Made by a program: the position numbers and the translations under genes
Part shown: piece by piece, positions 1 through 12,934 of the stretch
Layout: every line of letters starts with the position of its first letter
Numbering within the stretch: the stretch's first letter is position 1
The notes under the pieces: generated by a model
Seen by the model: only the letters and a program-made list of their open reading frames with translations
Told to the model about the DNA's origin: nothing
Databases searched by the model: none
Assembly (NCBI GenBank): GCA_038087875.1
Contig: CM075990.1
Coordinates: forward strand, 2,234,001-2,298,000
DNA: 64,000 nucleotides
Direction: 5' to 3'
From: Malacoraja senta
Taxonomy: Eukaryota

Positions 1-207
1 GTGGAATTCATTGCCACAGACGGCTGTGGAGGCCAAGTCAATGGGTATTTAAGGTGGGGATTGATACATTCTTGATTAGTACGGGTGTCAGGGGTGATGG
101 GGGAAGGCAGGAGAATGGGGTTGACAGGGAAAGATAGATCAGCCATGATTGAATGGTGGAGTTTACTCGATGGGCTGAATGGCCTAATTCTGCTCCTATG
201 ACTTATG
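1..207 (+). mobile_element. CR1/HER1-type LINE 3' fragment
   Basis: GTGGAATTCATTGCCACAG (WNSLP motif) followed by the CR1 3' UTR (GATCAGCCATGATTGAATGG...GAATGGCCTAATTCTGCTCC) that recurs throughout the window; boundaries approximate. Confidence 0.85.
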
Positions 208-395
208 ATGTAGTTTGATGACCCTGATAATTCATCCAGCCAACACTGCCTTTTAGAAAAGAAAACCTATTCACCCCTCGGGTCTGGTTTGTGTGTGGCT
301 TCCAACTTTTGTTGGCTGGTTAGATGAATACCCAGGGGGCAATTAAAAGGGACCCCTATCAGCTGGTATCAACAATATCATACACATATATATGT

Positions 396-826
396 CGACT
401 GGGCTTGTATTCACTGGCATTCAGAAGGATGAGAGGTGATCTCATAGAAACATATAAAATTCTTAAAGGAGTGGACAGGCTACATGCAGGAAAAATGTTC
501 TCGATGTTGGGGGAGTCCAGAGCCAGGGGTCACAGTTTAAGAATGAGGGGTAGGCCATTTAGGACTGAGATGAGGAAAGACTTTTTCACCCAGAGAGTTG
601 TGAATCTGTGGAATTCTCTGCCACAGAAGGCAGTAGAGGACAAATCACTGGATGTCTTTCCAGAGAGAGTTAGATTTAGCTCTCAGGGCTAAGGGAATCA
701 AGGAATATGGGGAAAAAGCAGGAATGAGTACTGCTTTTAGATGATCAACCATGATCATATTGAATGGAGGTGTTGGCTCGAAGGGCTGAATGGCCTACTC
801 CTGCACATATTTTCCTCTGTTTCTGT
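396..826 (+). mobile_element. CR1 LINE 3' fragment (ORF2 C-terminus + 3' UTR)
   Basis: Translates RLGLYSLAFRRMRGDLIETYKILKG...RGHSLRM...FFTQRVVNLWNSLP, the canonical CR1 ORF2 C-terminal motif. Confidence 0.9.
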
Positions 827-954
827 ATATATTCATGCTCCGTTAATTGGATGAAGAATTTAAGTATCCAATTATCTCACTGTAGTAAGATTATAGTAAA
901 TTCTGCAAGATTACAATGGTGACTACACCTTATAACCACTTCATTGAAAGGGTT

Positions 955-1243
955 GACGCAGTGGGCAGCGGTAGAGTTGCTGCCTCACAGCGCCAGAGAC
1001 CCGGGTTCCATCCTGGCCACGATTGCTCCTGCGCATAGTTTGTGCGTTCTCCCCGTGACCTGAGTGGGTTTTCTCCGAGAACGTTGTTTTCCTCCTACAC
1101 TCCAAAGACGTACAGGTTTGCGGGTCAATTGGCTTGTTAAAAAAATTGTCCCTAGTGTAGGATAGTGTTAATGTGCGGGGATCGCTGGCCGGCATGGACC
1201 CGAAGGGCCGAAGGGCCTGTTTCTGCGCTGTATCTCTAAACTA
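955..1243 (+). mobile_element. V-SINE (HE1-like tRNA-derived SINE); first of about 35-40 copies or fragments in the window, on both strands
   Basis: tRNA-like head (CAGCGGTAGAG...GGGTTCCATCC), V-domain (GTTCTCCCCGTGACC...TTTCCTCC...CCAAAGAC), CR1-shared tail GGGCCGAAGGGCCTGTTTC and CTAAA end. Other copies (approximate): -2384-2722, +4985-5289, -7600-7905, +8405-8635, -8868-9176, +17425-17672, -18635-18940, +28268-28562, +31040-31325, -34085-34360, +38556-38852, -45745-46005, -48955-49185, -56150-56425, -56856-57120, -60390-60630, +60650-60920. Confidence 0.9.
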
Positions 1244-2913
1244 TAAAAGTGTACTAGTGGAAACATCCTCTCTGCATCTACACACAAGTAACTGCCAGAG
1301 CCAATTTTTAACCTCAGTGTTAAAACGTTCCTGCTGCAGGTTTAACTGAGATAACAAAAGACATGCTGATTGATTCCGAAACCTTTCCTAAACGCTCCAC
1401 ACCACAATGTGCATTTATTTGTTCAGAAGTTCAGCAAGCTGATTATTTTATTGATGTGGAACAATCAATAGCAGCTTGCAATCTCCTTTCAAATGAGTGA
1501 TGGGAGATTTACTAATGCAGAATGTTTTTGCAGTCTCCAGAGAGGGACTGAGAGAAGAAACACATTCAACATCTTCTCCGCTGTTTGGAGATGTTTGGTG
1601 TCTAATGTTGGCATTCCTGTTAAGTGTTGCGGATGTTTCATTGGGTGAACTATTCTCTCCTCTTGCTATCCTGCCCTCTATAGATTTTGTTTTCAAGTCT
1701 GTGAGAGTCTGACTCGTGGACTACTTAAAACATGCACTTAACTCTGTGCAATATGTCTGGGGAATGAGCTGCCGGAGGAGGTAGCTATGACAATAACTAC
1801 ATTTAAAAGATGTTGGAACAGGTACATGGGTTGGAAAGGTTTAGAGGTGTATACCAGGGACAGCAGGCCTATTTGTTTGCAAGATAGATACAAAATGCTG
1901 GAGTAACTCAGCGGGACAGGCAGCATCTCTTGAGAGAAGGAATGGGTGATGTTTCAGGTCGAGACCCTTCCATTTTGTTTTTTTCATTGCTCCATAGATG
2001 CTGCCTCACCCACTGAGTTTTTTTCTCCAGCATTTTTGTCTACCTTCGATTTTCCAGCATCTGCAGTTCCTTCTTAAACAAACTGTTTTTCACAATAGTG
2101 TTTTTTTTAATTTATTGAACTTGTTTATTATGGTATCTATGGAGCACTTAGTTAGAAACCCGTTGTGCCGCCAAAAAGTAAGAATTTCATTGTACTGTTT
2201 TGGTACATATGACAATATGACAATTGTCTCTCATCTTGTCTTGCCTCTTGTCTTGTTTCTTGTCCAAACGTGGACAGGTGGGACTGACCCCCTGAGTTAC
2301 TCCAGCATTTTGTATCTATCTTTGGTGTAAACCAGCATCTGCAGTTTATTTTTCTTACATTGTGGTGAGAAAGAGTTGGAATGTTTAGTTTAGTTTAGTT
2401 TAGATTAGAGATACAGGCCGGAAACAGGCCCTTCGGCCCACCGAGTCAGCGCAAACCAGTGATCCCCGCACATTAGCACTACCCTACACACACTTTTACA
2501 CATTTTTACACAATTTACACATATACCAAGCCAATTAACCTACAAAACTGTATGTCTGCGGAGTGTGGAAGGAAACCGAAGATCTCGGAGAAAACCCATT
2601 GGTGTCACAGGGAGAACGTACAAACTCCGTACAGACGGCACTTGTAATCGGGACCGAACCTGAGTCTCTGCAGCGGCAAGCGCTGTAAGGCAGCAACTCT
2701 ACCGTTGCGTTACCGTGCCGCCCACGAGTGATGAAAGTACTTTGCCAGACACTGTTGTACACTGGGATTTCTGGTTGTGGACTCATTCGGTTGAAGCATG
2801 GAGGTTGCATACCATTGTCTAGGGTTGTGGATGAGAGACTAATCCCTATTGGAGCCCAGTTAGAGAAGGCGACAAAGGCACTGAGCACAAAGAAAGGTGG
2901 TGTGGAATAGTTA

Positions 2914-3789
<876 letters not shown>

Positions 3790-3943
3790 GTAGTAGTACT
3801 CCTTGTTATTCTTTTGGAGTTGTCGTGCAGTGAAGACAACACCTATTGACCTTCTGGTGGACAGATCCTCACTGTCAATGGGGAAGTCACAGGGAAAAAC
3901 CCATTGAGGTGAATTGTCGTTAAGCTGGAAAGATTGCAGAGAA

Positions 3944-4375
3944 TGTGTAGGAAGGAACTGCAGATGCTGGTTTAAACCGAAGATAGACACAAAATACTGG
4001 AGTAACTCAGCGGGACAGGCAGCATCTCTGGAGAGAAGGAATGGGTGACATTTTGGGTCGAGACCCATCTTCAGACTGCTGTCAGGGGAGAGGGAGATAC
4101 ATAGATAAGGAAGAGTAAGGCGTGAAAACAGGACAGAGGGAATGGAGATCAAGGAAAATGTAGAGTAGATCATTGTTAGCTGGGAGAAGATAACAGCAAC
4201 AAAGCAAACAGAGATTAAATGTAGTCGGAGACAGTCAGACTGGTCGGGGAACTGGGAAGGGGGAGGGATGGTGAGAGAGGGAAAGCAAGGGTTACTTGAA
4301 GTTAGACAAGTCAATGTTCATACTGCTGGAGTGTAAGCTGCCCAAGCGAAATATGAGGCGCTGTTCTTACAATTT
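3944..4375 (-). mobile_element. Penelope-like element 3' fragment
   Basis: Minus strand encodes the end of a GIY-YIG domain (...LIFRLGSLHSSSMNID), then the pseudo-LTR region with a degenerate hammerhead motif; same family as 50136-50388. Confidence 0.75.
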
Positions 4376-5770
4376 AAGAATTACAAAGGTTGCCAGGACT
4401 CGAGGGCCTGAGCTAAAGGGAGAGGTTGGACATGCGAGGACTTCATTCCCTGGAGTGCAGGAAGCTGCGGAGTGATCTTACAGTGGTGTTAAAATCATGA
4501 GGGGAATAGTGAAAAGGGAAAAGGGAAAAGTGAATACACACTTTTACCCAGAGAAGGGGAATCAAGAACCAGACGACTTAGGTTTAAAGTGAGAGGGGAC
4601 AGATTTAAAAGTAACCTGTGGGACACATAAGGTGGTGTATGTATGTATGGAATGAGCTGCCAGAGGAGGCGGATGCTATAACAACGTTTAAAAGATATTT
4701 GTAAGAAGGAACTACAGATGCTGGAGTAACTCAGCGTGACAGGCAGCATCTCTGGAGAGAAGGAATGGGTGACGTTTTGGGTCGAGACCCAAGATATTTG
4801 GACAGGTACTTGAATGGGAAAGGTTTAGAGGGATATGGGCCAAACGCAGGCAGGTTGGGCTAGTTTGGATGGGGTATCTTGGTCAGTGTGGGCCGAAGGG
4901 CCTGTTTCCATGCTGTATCACTCTACGACACTAGGCAATATGAAGATCACAGCAGAAGCTGATCTTTAAGCAGAAAACTTAATGATGGGGCAGCGGTAGA
5001 GGTGCTGTCTTGCAGCGAATGCAGTGCCGGAGACCCGGGTTCGATCCTGATTACGGGTGCTGTCTGTACGGAGTTTGTACGTTCTCCCCGTGACCTGCGT
5101 GGATTTTCTCCAAGATCTTCGTTTTCCTCCCACATTCCAAAGACGTACAGGTTTGTAGTTTCATTGGCTTGGTAAATGTAAAAATTGTCCCTAGTGGGTG
5201 TAGGATAGTGGTAATGTGTCGGGATCGCTGGCCGGCACGGACCCGGTGGGCCGAAGGGCCTGTTTCCGTGCTGTATCTCTAAACTAAACATGTATACTTG
5301 TTGTTGTGGCCTCTCCCCAGCAGCGAGAGTTGCGTTCCGTGCCGTGCTCTCATCTTGAAACTATTTTGGAGTTGAGATCACTTTAGCAACTTGAATACAC
5401 TGTGGAAGCCGAGGTCTGGCTCCTTGTCTAATGGATCCCACCTGTAACTCCTTCACTGGGCCGTTTGAACAACCCCGCCGTAATCATTTATGGCGCTGCC
5501 TTTTGCTTCAGAACAATTAGGTACAGTTGTGTGGAGAGAGAAAAACCCCAACTGGATAACGCCAAAATGGGTTTAGGTATTATGGAAAGAGAGACACAAA
5601 ATGCTGGAGTAACTCAGCGGGCCGGGCAGCATCTCTGGAGAGAAGGAATGGGTGATGTTTTGGGTCGAGACCCTTCTTCAGACTTCTTCTAGGTATTATG
5701 GATTTAGGTTCTTAAGAAGGGTCCCGAGCCAAAACGTTAAAATCTGAAGGGTCCCGACTCGAATCATCAT

Positions 5771-6247
5771 GAGGGTTGCCAACTGTCCCGTATTAGCCGG
5801 GACATCCCATATATTGGGCTAAATTGGTTTGTCCTGTGCGGGACCGCCCTTGTCCCGTATTTGACTGCTACTACTCGGGTCGAGGGGACTGTCGGGCCCC
5901 GCCTCATCCGTCCCGATGTAGTGCAGCCCATAGAGTGCAGCAGCAGCACCTCGCCCGTGGCCCCGTCGGTCGGCAGCCCGGCCAGATGTCTGACCTTTGG
6001 ACCTTCGCTTACTGCCGACACCACCACCCCTCCTTCTTATGGCCAATCATTGGATCATGAATTGGATGGGGTGCCAGACTTCGGGCCAAAACTCCTCAGC
6101 TGGCCCGCTTTGTCTGCAGTCCAGCACCCGGGCCAAATCATCATTCACCCAGCCATGGCCGAGTCGGTCAGCGAATTGCTGTCTGGAATTTGTCCCGTAT
6201 TTTGACCTTTAGTCCCTTATTTGTGAGTGAGAAAGTTGGCAACCCTA
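5771..6247. mobile_element. Non-autonomous hAT-type DNA transposon (477 bp)
   Basis: TIR (G/T)AGGGTTGCCAACT ... AGTTGGCAACCCTA; 8-bp TSD ATCATCAT (5763-5770) / ATCATCAC (6248-6255); interrupts a Penelope-like fragment. Confidence 0.8.
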
Positions 6248-7237
6248 ATCATCACCCATCCTTTTTCTCCAGAGATGCTGTCTGGCCCGCTGAGTTACTC
6301 CAGCACTTTGTGTCGATCTTGGGTATTAAAAAACTGAAACGGGCAGTATAACAGTGGGCACATTTTACTGCTTGGTGATTCAGAATTCGTCTGTGATCTG
6401 AGCATGTCCCGAGATACAGTGAAAAGCTTCTGTTTCAGTGCCAATTAAATCATATGATACTTGAATATAATCGAGCCATACACACGTAGAACAGGCAGTG
6501 GTAAGAGAAAATTACCAGAAAAATACCAGAGAGAACTACCTGGTTTGATCCTGACTACAGGCGCTGCCTGTGCGGAGTTTGCATGCTCTCCCCCTGACTT
6601 TCTCCCACTTTCCAAAGACGTGCAGGTTTGTAGGTTGATTGGCTTCTGTAAATTGTCTCTGGCGTATGGGTGATTGTTGGTTGGCACGGACTTAGTGGGA
6701 CAAAGGGCCAATTTCCATGCTGGATCTCTGAAACTAAACTTAACTCTGACGGGTGTCAGGGGTTATGTGGAGAAGGCAGGAGAATGGGGTTAGGAGGGAG
6801 AGTTAGATCAGCCATGATTGAATGGCGGAGTAAACTTGATGGGACGAAAGGCCTAATTCTACTATCCCTTATGACCTTATGACCTTAAACACTCTTGACT
6901 CTTGGCTTGGTCTTGCATGTTCCTTGCCTATCCTTGGTTCCCAGCTCTCCATGACTACCTCCACAGACAGACGACAAGCTTTCACTACCACCTTATGGGC
7001 AAACAGTAATTACCAAAAAAATGGCAACTTTGTCAGCGATGTCAATACCTTGAAAACCAAGTTGAAGTAAATCCAACTTCCTTCTCGCTTCAAGATGTCT
7101 CCTTCAGTCACCTTCTCGTCTCCTTTGTCCAGCCATTTGCCTATCAAACCCTTCACCTGTATCCACCTATCACTTGTCAGGCTTTGTCCCTCCCTACCTG
7201 GTGGACTGTGTGGGGTGGGAGGACCCGTTGCTCCTCC

Positions 7238-7256
7238 CGTGCAGCAGGTGGCGCTG
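7238..7256 (+). promoter_or_regulatory. Candidate CTCF site (forward)
   Basis: CGTGCAGCAGGTGGCGCTG resembles the CTCF core CCASYAGRKGGCRS and lies in a non-repetitive patch. Motif evidence only. Confidence 0.45.
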
Positions 7257-9405
7257 CACAGGTCAAAGGGAGATGTTTTGTATATAGTTTATCCTGTCGG
7301 CAGACAGTGTGCGGGCAGCCATTGTCACTAGTCTTGCTGCCAGCATTGAGTGAAACATTAAAGACTTCTGTTGTAAATTAAAGACTCTCAAGTTTTGTGC
7401 AGCCCTAGAAAACGAACACGAAACTACCCCTACCTCTTTTCCACTCAGGTTCAGGACCTAAGGGTCCAGACCTAAAATGTTGCCTGTCCATTCCCTCCAC
7501 AGATGCTGCCGAACCCGTTGAGTTACTCCAGCACTTTTTGTTTTACTCAGGATTCCAGCATCTGCAGTTTTTTTTGTGTCTCTCTTCCCTCCTTTTCACA
7601 TTTTAGTTTTAGTTTTAGAGAGACAGCGTGGAAACAGGTCCTTCGGCCCACTGAGTTGGCACAGACCAGCGATCACCCTGAACACTAGTTCCATTCTACA
7701 CACTAGGGACAATTTACAATTGAGAGTTGCCAATTAACCTGCAAACCTGTATTTGTTTGAAGTGTGGGAGGAAACCGGAGCACCAGGAGAAAACAAACGC
7801 AGGTCACGGGGAGAACGTACAAACTCCATCCAGACAGCACCTGTAGTCAGGATCGAACCTGGGTCTCTGGCGCTGTGAGGCAGCAACTCTACCGCTGCGC
7901 CACCCTTGTAGTCCTGCTGAGATTGAGCAGTTTGACCTTTGCCAACGCCTCCTTCCCTTAGTGTTGCAAATTTCTTTTCTTCCAGTTTAATGCAGATTCT
8001 CCACATCGTGTATGCTGCTGATTCAGCTGCTAATGTTTGGCAGAAGATCCAGTGCCAAAAGGTGAAACAAACTCTCGTTTGATGTCTGCAATGTGTTCCT
8101 GTGGCTGATGGTAAACAGATCTCTGTGTGTGCAGTTGAAATGGAATCATTTCATGGAGTCCCCTGCCCTAGGGAAGGCAGATTCGCTGGTTATAATGGAG
8201 TCAGGCTTGGCTCAGGAATAACACTGACTTACCAACGAAAGCAACGTTGCCTTCAAGTCCTGTCCAGGAATCTAATCGTCTCAGTGTTCAAGAAGGAACT
8301 GCAGATGCTGGAAAATCGAAGGTAGACAAAATTGCTGGAGAAACTCAGCGGGTGCGGCAGCATCTATGGAGCGAAGGAAATGGGCAACGTTTTGGGTCGA
8401 AAGGTCGGAGACCCGGGTTCCATCCTGTCTACAGGTGCTGTCTGTACATTCTCACTGTGACTGCGTGGGTTTTCTCTGGGTGCTCCGGTTTCCTCCCACA
8501 TTCCAAAGACGTGCAGGTTTGCAGGTTAATTGGCTTCTGCAAATTGTCTCTAGTTTGTAGGATGTACGGTAATCATTGGTCGGCATAGACTCGGTGGGCC
8601 GAATGACCAGTTTCCACGCTGTATCTCTAAACTAATTTAAACTTATGGGGAAAGTATACAGTTAATGGCAAGACCCCTTAACAACATTGATGTGCAAAGT
8701 GATATTGGCTACAAGTTCATAACTCCCTGAGAGCGTCACCACAAGTGGACAGAGTGGTAGACAAATCGTGCAGTATGCTTCCCTTCATCGGTCAGGGCAT
8801 TGAGTAGAAGAGTCAGGAAGTCATGTTGCAGTTCCATATGACTTTGGTTAGGCTGCCTTTGGAGTATTTTAGTTTAGTTTAGAGATACAGCGTGGAAAGA
8901 GGCCCTCCGGCCCACCGATCAGCCGACCAGTGACCCCGCACATTAGCACGATCCTAAACCCACTAGGGGCAATTTACATTTATACCAAGCCAATTAACCG
9001 ACAAACCTGTATGTCTTTGGAGTGTGGGAGGAAACCGAAGATCCCGGAGTAAACCCGTGCGGTCACGGGGAGAACGTACAAACTCCGCACAGAGAGCACC
9101 CGTAGTCAGGATCGAACCCGGGTCTCTGGCGCTGCATTCGCTGTAAGGCAGCAACTCTACCGCTGCGCCACCGTGACGTTCTGGCCACCCCATTGTAGGA
9201 AGGATGGGAGGCTTCAGAGTGGGTACAGAAGTGGCTTACTAGAAGACAGCCTGGATTAGAAGGTCTCTGAAGAAGGGACTCGACCCAAAACATCACCCAT
9301 TCCTTCTATCCAGAGGTGCTGCCTGTTCCACCGAGTTACTCCAGCATTTTGTGTCTATCTTCTGGATCAGAGGGAATTAGATACAAGGAGAAGTTGGATA
9401 GACAT

Positions 9406-9617
9406 AATGTTTAAGAAGGAACTGTAGATGCTGGAAAGTCGAAGGTAGACAAAAGTGCTGGAGAAACTCAGCGGGTGAGGCAGCATCTATGGAGCGAAGC
9501 AAATAGGCAACGTTTCGGGCCGAAACCCGGAAGGGTTTCGGCCCGAAACGTTGCCTATTTCCTTCGCTCCATAGATGTTGCCTCACCCGCTGAGTTTCTC
9601 CAGCACTTTTATCTACC
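9406..9617. mobile_element. Penelope-derived inverted (foldback) insertion
   Basis: 87-nt arms 9442-9528 and 9533-9619 around a GGAA loop; 12-bp TSD TTGGATAGACAT (9394-9405, 9618-9629); inserted in a CR1 fragment. Confidence 0.8.
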
Positions 9618-9928
9618 TTGGATAGACATGGACTGTTTTATCTGGAACGCTGGAGGTTGATGGGAGACCCGACAGAAATATATAAAGTTTTGAGAGACAT
9701 AGACCAGGTAGACGGTCAGAATATTTTTCCCCAGTGTGGAAATGTTAAAAACTAGAGGGCATAGCTTTAAAGTGAGAGAGGCAAAGTTTAAAGGAGATGT
9801 GCGGGGCAGGAGGTAGTGAGTACTTGGAACGCGCTGCCCGGGGTGGTGGTGAAGGTACATACAAGAGTGGCATTTGGGAGCCTTTTAGACAGGTACATGG
9901 ATATGCAGGGATATACAACAGGCATGAG

Positions 9929-9968
9929 TATGTGTGTGTGTGTGTGCACGTGTATATATGCCTGTGTG

Positions 9969-10011
<43 letters not shown>

Positions 10012-10256
10012 ACGTGTATATGTGTGTGTGTGCGTTGTGTGCGTGTGTGTGCGTATGTGTGCATGTGTATGTGTGCATGTTTATATGTGTGTGTGTGTGT
10101 GCGTGTGCGTGTGTGGGTGTGTGTGTGCGTGTGTGCATGTGTGTGTGTGTGTGTGCGTGTGCGTGTGTGTGTGTGCGTGTGCGTGTGTGTGTGCATGTGC
10201 ATGTGTGTGTGTGTGCGTGTGTGTGTGCGTGCGTGGGCGCGTGCGTGTGTGTGCGT

Positions 10257-10291
<35 letters not shown>

Positions 10292-10930
10292 CGTGTGTGC
10301 GCGTGTGTGTGTGTGTGCGTGCATGTGTGTGCGTGTGTGTGTGCGTGTGCGTGCGTGTGTGTGTTCGTGTGTGTGTGCGTGTGTGCGTGCGTGTGTGTGT
10401 GCATGTGTGTGTGTGCGTGTGTGTGTGTGTGCGTGCGTGTGTGTGTGTGTGGGTGTGTGTGTGTGCGTGTGTGTGCGTGTGTGTGTGTGTGCGTGTGTGT
10501 GTGTGCATGCGTGTGCGTGCGTGTGTGTGTGTGCGTGTGTGTGCGTGCGTGTGTGTGTGTGTGTGCGTGCGTGTGCGTGTGTGTGCGTGTGTGTGTGCGT
10601 GCGTGCGTGTGTGTGTGCGTGTGTGTGTGCGTGTGTGTGTGTGCGTGTGCGTGTGCGTGTGCGTGTGCGTGTGCGTGCGTGTGTGTGTGCGCGTGTGTGT
10701 GCGTGTGTGTGCATGTGTGTGTGCGTGTGTGTGTGCGTGTGCGTGTGTGTGTGCGTGTGTATGTGCGTGTGTGTGTGCGTGTGTGTGTGCGTGTGTGTGT
10801 GCGTGTGCGTGTGTGTGTGCGTGTGTGTGTGCGTGTGTGTGTGTGTGTGTATGCGTGTGTGTGTGCGTGTGCATGTGTGTGTGCGTGTGTGTGTGTGTGT
10901 GCGTGTGCGTGCGTGTGTGTGCGTGTGTGC
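9929..10930. repeat. ~1 kb compound (TG)n/(TGCG)n microsatellite
   Basis: Almost uninterrupted alternating purine-pyrimidine tract; source of the spurious HT/VC ORFs. Confidence 0.97.
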
Positions 10931-11284
10931 ATAAGAGAGGCAGATTAGGTCCTTTACATTCAATTAAGTGAATAAATATATTCATATGTTTGAAGTGCTC
11001 TCATTCATTTTGTTTCATTAATTTTGTAAAGAATACCTAATCATTAATAGATTCAAATTGTTTTTTAAATGCGTGCAAACATCAGCTAGTACTGGAGGAA
11101 TAGGTCATGTGCAGGCTGATGAGATCCGTGTATCTTGGCGTTATGTTCGGCAGACATTGTGGGCCAAATGCCTGTTGCTGCAATGTGCTATTCTATGTTC
11201 TGTTCTAGTGAAGGAGTGTTGCATAGTTGGCAGTGGTCTTCACATTAGGCATGCATATTGTGTTTTGCATGGAGGGTAGATTTA

Positions 11285-11358
11285 AGGGCCTGACCCACTT
11301 ACGCAATTTTTTTCGGCGACTTGCCGGCACCAAAAATTGCGTAAGTGGGACAGGCCCT
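11285..11358. mobile_element. Minimal Harbinger-like MITE (almost only TIRs)
   Basis: AGGGCCTGACCCACTTACGCAATTTTT ... AAAAATTGCGTAAGTGGGACAGGCCCT (1 mismatch); same TIR family as 17995-18486. Confidence 0.75.
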
Positions 11359-11496
11359 GAACAATCATGTGAATTGGGAAGTCTGATGTTAGCTGGGTTG
11401 TACCCCCGATCCACACTGACCATGCTCTGATTACTCATGGAGTCCGCGGCATGGTAGCAACTTCCTGTAGTTCCCCACTCGTCACAGACGCATGCA

Positions 11497-12645
11497 GTGT
11501 GTGTGCACATACTTGTGTGAGTGTGTGTGTGTGCGTGACTGAGCGTGTGTGGGTGGGTGTGGGTGAGTGGGTGTGGATTAGTGTGTGTGAGTGTGTGTGA
11601 GTGGGTGTGTGTTAGTGGGTGTGTGTGACTGAGTGTGTATGAGTGTGTGTGTGAGTGTGTGTGTGTGAGTGGGTGTGTGTGAGTGGGTGTGTATGAGTGT
11701 GTGTGGGTGTGTGTGAGTGGGTGTGTATGAGTGTGTGTGGGTGTGTGTGAGTGGATGTGTGTGTGGGTGTGTGTGATTGAGTGTGTGTGAGTGCGAGTGT
11801 GTCAGTGTGAGTGCATGGGTGTGAGGGTGTGTGTGAGTGGGTGTGTGTGAGTGGGTGTGTATGAGTTTGTGTGTGTGAGTGTGTGTGTGTGTGTGTGTGT
11901 GAGTGGGTGTGTATGAGTGTGTGTGTGTGTGAATGTGTGTGTGTGACTGAGTGTGTATGAGTGGGTGTGTATGGGTGTGTGTGTGTAAATGTGTGTGTGT
12001 GAGTGGGTGTGTGTGAGTGAGTGTGTGAGTGGGTGTGTGTGAGTGGGTGTGTGTGAGTAGGTGTGTGTGAGTGTGTGTGTGTGAGTGTATATGAGTGTGT
12101 GTGTGTGAGTGTGTGTGTGTGAGTGGGTGTGTGTGACTGAGTGTGTGTGTGCAAGTGTGTGTGTATATGTATGTGTGAGACTGTGTGTGTACATGTATGT
12201 GCGAGTGTGCGTGTACATGTATGTGCGTGCGTGTACATGTATGTGTGTGCAAGTACATGTATGTGCGTGCATGTACATGTATGTGCGGGCGTGCGGGTAC
12301 ATGTATGTGTGTGCATGTACATGTATGTGCGTGCATGTACATGTATGTGCGGGCGTGCGTGTACACGTATGTGTGTGCTTGCGTGTACATGTATGTGCGG
12401 GCGTGCATGTACATGTATGTGCGGGCATGCGTTTACATGTATGTGTGTGCATGCGTGTACATGTTTGTGGGGGCATGCGTGTACATGTATGTGCGTGCAT
12501 GTACATGTATGTGCAGACGTGCTTGTACATGTATGTGTGGGCTTGCGTTTACATGTATTTGTGGGCGTGCGTGTACATGTATGTGTGGGCTTGCATGTAC
12601 ATGTATGTGTGGGCGTGCGTGTACATGTATGTGCTGGCGTGCGTG
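11497..12645. repeat. Compound microsatellite/minisatellite (TG/TGAG/TGGG-rich, then GTACATGTATGT-based units)
   Basis: Directly visible; unit type changes at about 12165. Confidence 0.95.
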
Positions 12646-12934
12646 TAAGAAAAGCAGGTTAGGACCTTTTCGTCCAATTAATTGATTCAATATATTCATA
12701 GGTTTGAAGTGTTCTCTTTGTTTACATCATTGTGTATAGAATGCCTAAACATTAATAGCTTTGATTTGTTTTTTAAATGTTTGCAAACATCAGTTGTATT
12801 CATAGACGTTCAAAGGTTCTGATCGCTGGTTCTGGCTGGAGACGGAACTAACTCTTGTTGAAGTTTGGCTGGGCCTTGGTAACTTCTGTTACTTGGTTGG
12901 TGTATTGGAGTTGTGTCTTTGTCTATTGTGATAG

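Noticed and set aside
1497..1712. 71-aa hydrophobic ORF in unique sequence
   Set aside because: No recognisable homology and no convincing exon boundaries in phase with the gene.
7260..7272. PPAR/RXR DR1 element AGGTCA-A-AGGGAG
   Set aside because: The second half-site matches only 3 of 6 positions, too weak despite SORBS1 being a PPAR-gamma target in mammals.
9788..12699. Long His/Thr- and Cys/Val-rich ORFs (also at 3376-4314 and 46352-47073)
   Set aside because: These are translations of TG/CA microsatellites that lack stop codons, open in several frames on both strands.
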